From Tubiluchus corallicola (taxonomy: Eukaryota > Animalia > Priapulida), in assembly GCA_030141605.1 (NCBI GenBank), contig JAQGDQ010000125.1, positions 62,001 to 126,000 on the forward strand: 64,000 nt of DNA, read 5' to 3'. A model generated the notes under the pieces. It searched no databases and was not told the origin of the DNA. It saw only the letters and a program-made list of their open reading frames with translations. Made by a program: the position numbers and the translations under genes. Below, piece after piece: positions 41,870 through 53,902 of this stretch (the stretch's first letter is position 1; each line of letters opens with the position of its first letter).

Positions 41870-44800
41870 CACACACTGTCAGAGCTAGATTTCAATGTAT
41901 AATTAGTTCTAAAGTATACGGCAGCAAAGCATAGAGCTTAAAACACTACTAAATCAATTATGAATGTTATTTTGCCAGTGTAGTTTTTTAAATAAAGGTT
42001 TTATGTGGTCATATTTATATCTCATGATGCTTCTAGATGCAGAATTGTGAATGTGCTGCAACTTTTGTAACTGGACAATTATTTGACAAACACTTGTGAC
42101 GTCCACCCACTGGTCTCTACAAATGATTAGAAAACCTGCTGTCTACACAAACTGCTTATCTAACTAAGCATCAATCAAGTTCATCTAAATTTAACACTGT
42201 GCACCCACTGAAAATCAGAAGAATGGATGGTCATCCCCAGCTTGTTCACATGTAATATGAGTCACTGCACTTTTACTGTAAGCCACGAGTTTAATTATAC
42301 AACTTACTTCAAATCACCCATCTTTTTCGATACAGTTGTTCCAAGCACCGACAATGTCTCTGTTGTTTTCTCTCCAGCTACTTTCAATCCAGTAGTTGTC
42401 TTCTGATACCTTTAAAACAAATTATTTTAATACATATCTTTTATTTCTTTAGAAATATACTAGGATAGCTAGTAAAGATGTGCAATGGATAGTCATTCCC
42501 GTTTTTGGTTTGTACATGAATTCAGTTGGTATTTTTACAGCTGGTAATGTTAATTTATGATGCACATGGATGGGAAACATCATGCACATATAATGCAAAC
42601 AACTCTGCTTAATTTTTGACGGCAACTTAGCTTAAAAACAGGCAAAGTAAGAAATTTTTTGCTAGTGGCAGCATCTAAATCGCAACTTGTTTGCAAAATC
42701 TGAAATAATTTCATGCACACAAATGTTTCACAGTTTACAATATAATGCCAAAAATGTATGGATCATTTGCAAAACTTAAATGAAACATACGCTTCAGAAT
42801 CTGTGACAGTTTTGAGACCACTTTGAATGTCACGTTGCCATTCCTGTAAAGGTGTAATGCCAAGTTTGTGTTTTAATTCTTGAGCTTGTCTCACTTTAGT
42901 TGATAATACCGTTCTTAGAGTTTTAATTTCTTCTTCTACCTATAATACAAGTTTAACATAAATTAATACATTTCAAAGCTGTATTAACCTAATCGATGTA
43001 AAAAAGCCAAAACCCACATTGCTATAATCTCTAAAGATTATTAACTTAAATTAATATAGCTACATTTTTACTCATAGTTTTAAGTTCTGTTGTATCCATA
43101 TTATTGTTACATAAAAACTACTTATCAGTAAAAAATACATAACCATTTGTTCATTAAATATATGCTCATCAAATATACAAAACCGGAAAGTAACCAGTCC
43201 TTGAAGCACAAGAAAACACTCTTCATCAATGAAGCTTAAAAATTTGTCTTGGAATTTTGAAACACTTACATACTGTCTAATTGCATACAAAGTTTGTACT
43301 AGCAACAACGCTCTGTGTAAAACATGAAATTTAAACACTCGCTATAACCGTTAGGTACAGCCACTTTGACAATATGTCATTTGAAACCAGTTTAGACGTT
43401 TTCACATAAGCAGATCAAATGCTGACAAATCGTTCTAAGACCCTCATTACAAGAGTTACTGATTTTGACATTTGTAAAAAGCATTAAAGCAGATGTACCT
43501 TATTACATGAACATTAAGACAGACAGTACCTCTCTATCAGTAAACAGTTAAAAATACCAACAAACTACATACTTTTGCAAGCTCACTTCGCCACTCTTCT
43601 TCCTGTTTTGCCTTCTCTTCGGGGTCTAACACTGTTGAATGCACACCCGAATCTTGTGAGCCAAGGGAGCTGTACATGGTATCACCCTGTGATGCTATTA
43701 TCTCTGCATTGTCGTACAAATGTGAGTCTGCAAAACACAGTAATTTTGATAGTTTCATGTAAGATGTCACTCATGTAATACACAATTTTTATTTATGTAA
43801 TTCTGGCATCTTTATAGAGATTTTGTCAACAAAAGTTTTTGAAAAGTGAGACAACGAATACGCAATTCTTATCTATTGTATAAAAACTGAGTAGTAGTAC
43901 TATTATACTATGCAAAAGACACAAGTATTAGATAACTTGTACATTCATTGAAATTTAGACTGTTCAACATCTATATAAACAGGTAAGCGATTGCTGAAGT
44001 TGCTGAATACGTTGTTTTATGTAATTATTCACAGACAACAATTTCTCTTTTGCAAATTGTCTCACGTCACTATTTGTTGAATGGATAAGGCCTCCCAAAC
44101 CTTTCTAAATTGTTTGTTTGGGAGTACTGATTCACTGTAATAGCACGAACTTTGAACTGGCTACCCAACCTGTGATCAACTTTGGTAATCACCATAGTAT
44201 GACTGAACACTAGCTAATGTTCATCAAGCTACCTTCTAGCCAGTGATAGTGGCATGTTACAGAACTTTAGTTTAACCACACATAACAGTAAATGTAATAA
44301 CAGCTATTAAACACAAGAAACTTCAGCAGCACATTATTAGTAATTATGAGCTATAATCTTATGTTATTAGAAAGGTTAAGAATTTTGTAATTATGTAAAT
44401 GTTTATATTGGCTAAAAAATTTAATCATGAATCAGCAGATGTAAAAGCCTAAATTGCATTAAAACTAGGATTCGACTAGATAGGTATGTGTTGGGTGCCC
44501 AGCCTTTGTAACAAAAGAATTTCTGGTGGCACAGTGTGCAAGAAGTATTCTTGTTGCCTTATCATGCTTAATAAAAAGGTTCTAAATGGAAAAATCATAA
44601 AATTTATAGGAACAAATCTGATTAATTGTCAATTATGTTACACACAGTGACATAAGTATAGTGATATAAGGAAGGGGTAAATTTTGACGTTTGACGTTTA
44701 AAGTTTATTTATTCCAAATGCCAGATAACATAATAATGTTAAATAACATACAGAATAATGATAATAATTACAATGAACACCATATATAATCATCAGACTA

Positions 44801-46714
44801 CCTATGAAAGCTGCTGATGAAGTGTAACAATTACTGCCAACAACATTGCAGTTGTATATAGCCATTGTAGTAAAAACAAACTGTTTGTTTTCATACTTTT
44901 TTGGTTTGTGTACAACTGATATCACACATGTCAAAACACAAAACAGTTTCTTCAAAGGAAGCGGGTATTGTTTCAAAGACTGAAATACCGAATTTGCGAG
45001 ACAGTCTTCTGATCATCAGAACTGCGAGCAAACTGTGCACAAGTTCCGATCATCAGAAACTTGAATTTGCTAGTATTCTTTGAATAATCTCACAGACAGC
45101 CACATTGATATACCTTGCATTCGACCCAACTCCCACCTAGAGTGCTCTAAACACTACTCTTATCTGGAAAAGCACCCAATAGAAAATGTGGTAGCAACAT
45201 CCCTATCGCAAGCACTGAGCTTATGTATGGAAAAATCATGAGGATATTTTGCTATAAAAAAGCCAGAGATTTTTTTTAAGATCTCAATTATAATAAGGTC
45301 TGGTGTGGAAATATTTGAAATTTGTGTGGTTATACCAGCTTTGCTTATACCCAACAAAGTATAGTAAAGCACTTCTTAACCCTACTCCACCCTTCTCCTG
45401 AAAATAGAAGTGCCTGTCTGCTGTGTCAGGTAGTGCAGTATCGCTGGGAAACAAATCGTCTGAGAACAAAACATTAAGAAGTGGGTATGAAGTTTAGGGA
45501 TCTGTCATTTTATTTTGAATATACATTTTGGAAAATATAACTAGATGAGATAATGACAAAAAACAATAAGAACCACAAAGGATTTATGTAATGCAATTAA
45601 AGGGAGTAAAGATGTAATTTTAGTTCAAGGACATTTTTACAAAAATGTTCCATTTGCTGAAAAGTTTATCCTTTTTACTAGGATTTATTGGCAAATTTCA
45701 CAACAAATACTATTTCAGACAAACTGTACAAGTACTTATTGACCAGAAATTGCTGTTTCAACTGATATCAAATTCTGTAACACAGTTTTGGTTGGTCAAA
45801 AATCGAAGAACACTGAGGCGGAATCCCATTTTTTTACAAAGCTTTCTGAAATCTATTTGCCACAAAGCTCTGAAGTTAATTGCATTAAAATGCTTGATTG
45901 CATCTGAAAGAGAATTTTTTGTTTTGTTAGAAATGTGATTTTGTTAAAAAGTACTAAGTCACACACTTGCTTATACTCTACTTTCTGTGATATCGAAAAT
46001 AGGCCTAGCCAGCAGTATTATTTCATGTTGCATCATAGTTGTTTGTTTATCAGATATCAAGCCACTCACCGACAGTGACATGCTGACTCGCATCCAAGTG
46101 AAGCTGGGTTTTTGTTGCAACCAGCAGAACCAGAGTCAGCGTTGTTAGGTTCCCTACATGGCGTCGTGTATGCTAAAGCTTAATTGAAGCCACTGAAGGT
46201 GGAGCTATGCGAACATTGTATTTGAGAGTATTTAGTGTTAATGTCCGCCATTTTTCAATGTCAAAAAGTTTCATTTTTCATTTTTTGTATTTCAAATTAT
46301 TCTTTTACTTTTTAGATATTCACTACACTTAAATCGTTGTCGGAAAAGTAGGGCAGCTCTCTTTAACGTTAAGGTAAGCAAAGCTTGGAAAACTTCGGCT
46401 AATTCCGTGATTATCGGAAAATATATCCTTTCGAAACCTGGTTTCGACCATCATAACAATATCCACCTCCTTTAAAATGACTCGACAGTAAATCAAGATG
46501 GAAAACTACCCAGAGCACAGCTGAAAATTATGTTGGAATTCTTCAATTTAATGCTAGGTTCAGGTTCAATTCAATTTCCATTCATTTTTATTACACTGGT
46601 ACATTACACGTACACAGGCAAGCAAATAAAAAGTAAACAAAACTAAAAACTAGAATATCTACTAACATAATACATTTCAGATACCACACCTTTATCTTCC
46701 GGAGTCATACTCAT
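37466..46714 (-). CDS. TPD52: Tumor protein D52-family coiled-coil protein (TPD52/D53/D54-like), ~210 aa core isoform
   Basis: Core exons (minus): 46690-46714, 43573-43727, 42791-42939, 42308-42409, 41034-41094, 37466-37606; phases consistent, 633 nt. Motifs EEWRSELAK|VEEEIKTLRTVL....KHKLGITPLQEW, AYQKT, KKMGDLK|NTAAYKSFEEKVGSA. Family-level call; the first exon is less certain. Confidence 0.9.
41225..41465. mobile_element. MITE with GG-starting TIRs, 8-bp TSD and an internal degenerate (CCCTAA)n array (Merlin- or MULE-like)
   Basis: Left end GGAAGGAGTTTACAATTCCTCATACA; right end reverse-complements to GGTAAAGTTTACAATTCCCACATACA. AAATGTTT is duplicated at 41217-41224 and 41466-41473. Confidence 0.8.
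41750..41876. repeat. (CA)n microsatellite
   Basis: Visible CA run with CATG/CACG interruptions. Confidence 0.95.
43354..43499. mobile_element. Possible PIF/Harbinger-like mini element
   Basis: Imperfect TIR GGTACAGCCACTTTGA versus GGTACATCTGCTTTAA (12/16), flanked by TTA on both sides. Confidence 0.4.
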
Positions 46715-47059
46715 GATTTCGGACTTTTTTGAGAGTGCAAAAAGATCAGTACAGGGGAGAACAATTAATTTTCAATAAAACAACAATCAGATGACTGACT
46801 ATATACTTCACGTAAGATAAAACTTGTGAAATACTACTTCACGTAAGAATCAAGATACGGGCTGCCTTAAGCCTAGTTTTTACTCATACTGCCGTTTGGC
46901 GACGCTCTACTACGCACAGTTTTTGTTTTTGGTTAAAGGTACGAGTTTGATGAGTTTTAGTTCCTGATAATTCTTTCAGACTGTTGCAATGCCTCCTCTG
47001 TCTGAAGACAAACAAAAAATGTGTAAAAAAGTAAAAGTGCAAATGAGAATTGTTAAAAT

Positions 47060-48910
47060 AAGTAGCCATGAAGTAATATTAGTAGGTAATTTTAATGCTA
47101 AGTTTGGATAAAAATTAAAGGAAAACAACAAAGACATTACAATTAATTGTGGGAAGACAGTTGTTGGAAATTTAAAAAAAAGAAAGGATGACTTTAATTC
47201 ACGAAACTGATGGCCTATCGACTAGAGTGCAAGGAAACCAAAAATCGGTTTTAGACTATGTGGTGATACTTGAAGAAGATAAAAATAGTGTGCAGAGTAT
47301 GTTAATACATGAAAACAAGGTTATGACTTATGCAGTGTTAAAAAAGAAGGTGGTCAAGTTTAATGCACATACTCACTCAGATCATAATTTTGTAGTAGCG
47401 AACATGAACATAAACTGGGTGAGAATATATAAAGAGCAGGAAAAAGGAAAAAATGACACTTTCAGCTTATACAAACAGAGACTAGAAAAAATTAGGCAAA
47501 AACCACAAAAAGTGAACTAGCAAAAATATGGGAGAGAAGCAGCACAGTAGAAAAATAATTATATCAGATGGCAACATGGTGATATCACTCATCATGGAAG
47601 AATGTTTTAGAATTAATTAAAAAGAACATACCATGAAGGTAAACAAAGTCAACTGAATACTGATGAAGTAAAAAAGCATACGTTAGAGATCAAATTAAAA
47701 CTGCTAATGATGAAACTAATCGTTGGAATATGTTGGAGAATGGGAGAAAATGTTGGAAGAAATGTCATATTATCAGTGATTTTACCACAATCAAGAAAAA
47801 ATACTATAATTGAATAAACATGGTCTTAATTAAGAGGAACAAAGAGAGAGCAGGTTTGAATGCAGGTGCATTTTGGGAGTGTTAAAAAGAAATTGAAGTG
47901 CAGAAGAGGGGAAGATATAATAGCAATGTATGAACATGACAAATAATTATTAAAAGAAAATGTAGACAATATATTTTAATAACTATTGACAAATACTATT
48001 AGAGATTGTTGACACCAAATGAGGCAACAATTTAAAAAGAAAAATGGCAAACGATGCACGAGAATGAGAGGAATACAATGTTGAACGAAATGGGAAAGAC
48101 GAGGAGTAAAAAATCACAGAACAAGAGCATAGAGCTGGCATAAGAGAATGAAATAATGTAAATTACAGGATAGACACGATTGGAGAAACGAAACGCTAAT
48201 GGAGGGTGGAGACAACTTACAATGTGGTGGAAGAAAAAACTGAAACCCAGCAGCAGATCACCTATTTGCAGCAACAGCAATACTGTATTATAATAGATAC
48301 ATAAGGAACGATGTATGTTTAGTCTTTGTTGGATGATTTAGAAAAATGCTGTGATAAGCTATAGTTGCAAGACTGTATAGATGAGTTGTGGGAACTAGTT
48401 TGGAACTAAATCAAAATGACTATTTATATATCTATTACCTGAATAAAGCAGTACAGGTAGTAATTAATACACTGGTAAGCACCACAAAAAAAAATACAAA
48501 TTGGAGAGTCTGTAAGACAATGAGCACTGTTCCTGCACATATTGTGTAGTCTGAGGTCAGCAGAATTATAAACACACTAAATCATCCTAAAACAATGACA
48601 AGTCCTAATTTGGAGGTAGGGATGCTTTTGTATGTTGATTATATCTTGATAATAGGATTTCCAAATACTGTAGAATAAGTAGTAGAAAATTTTAGAAAAC
48701 TTGAAGAGCAAAAGAAAATGAGATTTAAAACGGAGAAAACCAAGTAGTTACTTCCAAGAATGACAAGAAAAAAATCCAAAAATGAAATAAAAACCCAAGT
48801 AAAGGATGGGAGATTAATAAAAGACCAAAAATGTAAATGTCTGAGTGATTGGTTGACTAGTACAGGAAAGTATAATGTAAAGACAGAAGAGCTGATCGAA
48901 CTAACACATA
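47060..48910 (+). mobile_element. Highly decayed non-LTR retrotransposon (APE endonuclease and reverse transcriptase remnants)
   Basis: In order: EVILVGNFNAKFG (GDFNA motif), SVLDYVV, HSDHN (SDH), DLEKCCDKL (DxxKAFD), GESVRQ*, MLLYVDYI (decayed YxDD). Many stops and frameshifts. Confidence 0.88.
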
Positions 48911-49641
48911 CTGTTATAATAATTATGGTAGCATATTACTAAAACAGTATAATAATATTACGCACTACCATAAAAATATAATGCATTATGCTTAAGTTCT
49001 GTATGTTCCATTATTTTACAATAACGTTCACACAACTGAGTGTGACATTTTTATAATGGTAAACTGCATTTTAAACTTTAAACATTTTATTACATATAAA
49101 TGTTTATAACCATCACATTTTTAAAAATGCTGTATTAACATGGTTCAGTGGTCAGCAGTTCGCATTCTCTTCCCGTTTTCCAAGATGAGCACATACATGA
49201 GTGTGCAAAAGCAGATTATTTACTTTTGACATCGTCATTATTATATGGTCATTCCACACTTCTGGATACAAGTGTGACCTTCCCATTTATTACATTTTCT
49301 TGTAACAGCTATATATTTTCTCACGATTCCATAATTTCTCTAAATGCTCTTATTAATCATTGAAGGCATCCATTTCTGCAGTTTTAATAGTCTCTATTCC
49401 TACATTATACTTATTTATTATTCATTCCGATTTCTCGCAACAAAATGCATGTTATATTGTGCCTTCCTGAATCCCGCATTTAGGACATAATTTTCTTGCT
49501 ATGTATTTCTTTTGTAATAGTATGTTCACATGGCGATTTTTTTCTTCTTCAGGAAATTGGGAATGTAAAAAAACTTATTAAAATTAAACTGATGGAGACG
49601 GTTTTGTAACAAGGCCTAGCTTTACCATCAAGTTTTCTAAA

Positions 49642-51855
49642 ATGGCTTTACAGAGGAAGGCGAATGTATGTTAAACTATGTTAATAATGGTTTGGTTTTG
49701 TAGTATTGCTTACCTTGTAGTTGTTTGCGTCGCTCTAGGTTTATTATATTTCATTGAAGATCTGAAATGTTCCTAGCGATTGGTAGTTGAGGGATGATGT
49801 TAAAAGGAAAACTAAAACTCGAGTTGTAATTTATCATGAATTTTGTAATGTGTAATGACACTAATGTGCTCATGTAGGGTCTGAGTAATTAAGTGTAACC
49901 AGGAGGTTGTTTAATCCCAAACTATATCTCTCTGTCGCCTATGGTAATGTAGGCAAAGGTGTGACGCGTAAGCTATGTAAATTTTTCTACTCTAATAATG
50001 ACAATTTGATCCGCTAAGCAGCTATTAAAAATTGATGATACAAAAGTGAAAGGTCCCGATGAAGAAAATTCGCCATAAAACAACTTTTCGTTTTTCAGGA
50101 AGTTTATAGATTGTACTTGTTTAGTTTAGACATGATGCCCCTTTTTGTCCTATGCTTGAAACTGGTGTTCGGGTACTTACCAATCGTTGTCTAAAAGTTA
50201 ACTGAGCAGCCACTAGTGGATTTCAACATTGTGAAAAATATCGTTGATCCTGGGAACCATGGTTTCCATGGAGGAAAATTATGCAGTACTAACTTCATGG
50301 AAGTACCTCCGTCACTTACAAATTTTATTATATCGTACTCGCATTGAAAGGAATTTTTGCTTGTTTTCATTTTAAATCTCTCGCAGTACTGTTCCGAAGT
50401 CACCATTACGTGACGTCACTAGCAAACTTAAATCAGGGAAAGAAGTAGCAAAATTTTACAGTTTGTAGAGTGTAGATGCGTAATTTTTAAATGTGAAAAT
50501 ACTGCAATTTGAAAAAAAGGTCATGAAAGAAGAAAATGTGTAATTTTTGTTATTTCTTAATAGGTTCGACTACCTCCAGAAGTTAACAGAATTCTCTACA
50601 TTCGAAACTTACCATACAAAATTACAGCAGAGGAAATGTACGATATTTTTGGAAAATATGGTGCCATTCGTCAAATCAGAGTGTAAGTACTTACATAAAT
50701 TTTACTTTTTTATGTCAACATTCTTGATATTTGCTTACAAGTTAAATGGCCAGTGTGTCATTGTTTGAAATGAATACAAATTGATTGGTGTTTTATTAAA
50801 GTCCAAATCTGTTAATGACAAATACTTGGCACCCTACTAACAGTTAGTTCCGTTGTATGAAGCACCTATTCCAAATGAAATTTTATAACAATTGATCAAA
50901 CTCACGTGCTTGAAGTTGTTAGTGTCCCTTCGTCAGAGTTTGTACTCAATTGTTTTCTTGTAACTAGTAGAAAGAGCTATATTATTTTACTTTAAATTTT
51001 GTCGCTGTCAGATAATTTTACTGTGTACAGAATACGAATTTGTGCTTCTGAACAACTAAATTGTTTTAAAATCAACAATACAAACTTGTTTTGTATTTTT
51101 GTTTTAGAGGCACAACGCCAGAGACTAAAGGAACTGCTTTTGTTGTATATGAAGACATATTCGATGCAAAAAATGCTTGTGATCATTTATCAGGATTTAA
51201 TGTCTGTAATCGATATCTAGTTGTTCTATACTATCAGCCAAATAAGGTACCTGATGTCCTGAAATTGTTTTTTTTTAATATTGTGTATATTGCTACATGT
51301 TACAATCAAACATCCTTATATCACCCACTGTTGTGAGCCTTTTGAAGGGTTGTCGAAAAAAAAACTAGTTATAACATTGCAGTCCCCAACTTCTAGAAAA
51401 TTTGCCATATACTGATTTATAAATAATTTTGATTTTCTTTGCTTGCATAGCAGCATAAGTTGCATAATTATACTATATCTCAGACTGACATTTGTACTTA
51501 GTTTAAATTTGTTGTTGTCCGAACAGACTGTGTTACACTAAGAAATCAGAAGTAGTACTTGGCCTACGACAATGCCCATCAATGAAAAAAAAATGCCTAT
51601 ATAAACTTTACTGCTTATTACCATTACATTTACAACAAAGGCAAATTTGTTACATGTTTACATTTCTTAAACTTTGCATGATGAATAACATCATGTTACA
51701 CTAGTCAAATTTTATACTTTTTTGTTTGTATTTCAACTACTGATGTACTCACCAATTTAAACTTGCAGGCTTTTAAGAAAATGGATGAGGAAAAGAAAAA
51801 AGAAGAACTTGAAAAGATGAAGACCAAATTTGGTGTCAGCACGGATGAGAAATAG
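49642..51855 (+). CDS. SF3B6: Splicing factor 3B subunit 6 (p14), RRM protein, 122 aa
   Basis: Exons 49642-49665, 50564-50682, 51108-51246, 51769-51855. Translation MALQRKAN|[40 protein letters not shown]|[46 protein letters not shown]|[28 protein letters not shown]. Confidence 0.98.
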
Positions 51856-53902
51856 CATTTTTGCATTACTGTTTATGTATATATCTGATTTGTAAATAAC
51901 TGTTCACATATTATAATCCATGACCTTTTATACGCAATAGCTAGCCAGCTGAGTTGCTAACGTTTATCACACATCATACAGTAAACATCTACCTACAGAA
52001 AGGCATTAGGGCTCAAACAATAATTCTAATAAAGAATTTGCAACACACTAAAAAAAGTCTAAAGATATCCGTGATAGTTTAGTGACTGAATTGTCTGAAA
52101 AATGCCAACTATTGTAATCTGTCAAATAAAATTTAAGCGTTTATCCTCAATCTGTACTGCTCGGTACAATTTAGGTGCAGTAGAAGTCCGTTCCACAAAT
52201 ATTTAATGTGAGCCAAACATTTGTGTTTAGAAATACACATCCCTTTTTGAGTGACATGTATCATTTGTGTATAACAGTTCTTAAAAGCGTGTTGACCATT
52301 TCAAGTCATTTTTATCAATAAAAAAACACATTTTAAGTCATTTTCCTCAATAAAGTCCATAAAATGTGTCATTTCTAGATGTAGCAGAGTATCTTGAAAT
52401 AACTGTGTATTTTTTTTTGTACAGCATTCGTCTAGTTATGGCAGCATTCCTGTATATTTGCTGTGAGAATCTTTACTATAAAAATGGTTTTAATATGGAA
52501 TGCAAACATATTTAAATATTGTATTTGTTTTGGTAGTTACATCTTTCAAATTGTGAATGGTAACTGCTTCCAAAGCCAAAATGGGAACATACAATGTTGC
52601 ATGGTAACTTAACATTTCACATCTGTTACTGCCGTCATCTTTTAACTAAGTTTGTCTTGCTTTGTGATGAAGTGACGGTAATAACAAGTGTATATCGCCA
52701 TGCCACTAAAGGATCAAGTTCATTAAAGACGAAGAAAAGAAATTTTAAGTATATCTCAAAGAGCTTCCGAAGCAGAGATAGTATTACTTAGCATTATACT
52801 TGCATGTTTGAAAGAGTTAAGTGAAAAAGAAAATTCTTAATACAGTATAACATAAAATATATATATAATGTTATAGCTAACCTGATAGGAATCCAGAAAA
52901 AGTGCTCTATAACCATATGTGGCTAATCATGTGTATGACTCCTAGATGGACAAGCACAATAATAAGTGTATAAATAATTTACAATGCATAGCTTCATAGA
53001 CGATGTAAGAGTACTTTTAGAAGATACCACCAAGTATCAACTACTTTGCAGTATATTCATATTTGATGAAATATATTTCATGTGACTTCTTGAAATTAAA
53101 AATTGACGAAAGTTTCATACTAAATTCCGTGCACACATTCAGCTGCAAATGGCTGGCAAAGGTAATGTGCGCAATAAAACTTATAAATACATAGTAATAT
53201 AGGCAAAGAAGTCAAATAAGTCTGTATTACTCAAAAACAGAGTATTATATATTCAAAACTATTATACCATGTGTAGTTAAATAAATGATGAAGTTCGTTC
53301 TTTCTTACGAGTTCGCACTACAAGTGTTTATGCAGTAAACCATGTTCATCACAATGTGTTGCAACGCAATTTAAGGTATTCGCATCACCTGGTAAAACAG
53401 CATTGCATCTCCATCTCAGGGCACCACTGATTCACCCAAAAAAAACAATTACTCTTATTGGCAATGTAGTGCAATTTAAACTTAGTTGGAGAGAAGAGAA
53501 GAAATTTTTGTTAACCTATTTATGAGGTGTTTTCTTGTGATTTAATCAGTATGTATACAAGATGAGATTTGTCATGGCTTTTTTTTGCTTTTTGTGTAGA
53601 ATTTTTTCTGTTCATTAAGTGCACAGCTAAGACATATATACCCAGAATTTTAATTTTTTTGTTTTATCATCGAGATTCGTCACTGATTAGAACTGTGACC
53701 ACAAACAATAACTCACTGTCACCAGTCTCAGCATTTCCAGAGGCTGTCATGACACATTCAGGGAATCTGCCACATCTTATCCAATTTATGCACCAAGAAT
53801 GTGTATCATTACAAGTGCAAAATCATAGAATGAAGAGCAAGCTATCTGTTCCAAATTTTATTTCTTCACTACATAACATGAACACTTTCATCAAGCAAGT
53901 TT

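Noticed and set aside
50410-50419. Perfect CRE palindrome GTGACGTCAC in SF3B6 intron 1 (TGACGTCA also near 39266)
   Set aside because: Single short motifs, also common inside invertebrate DNA transposons, with no independent support.
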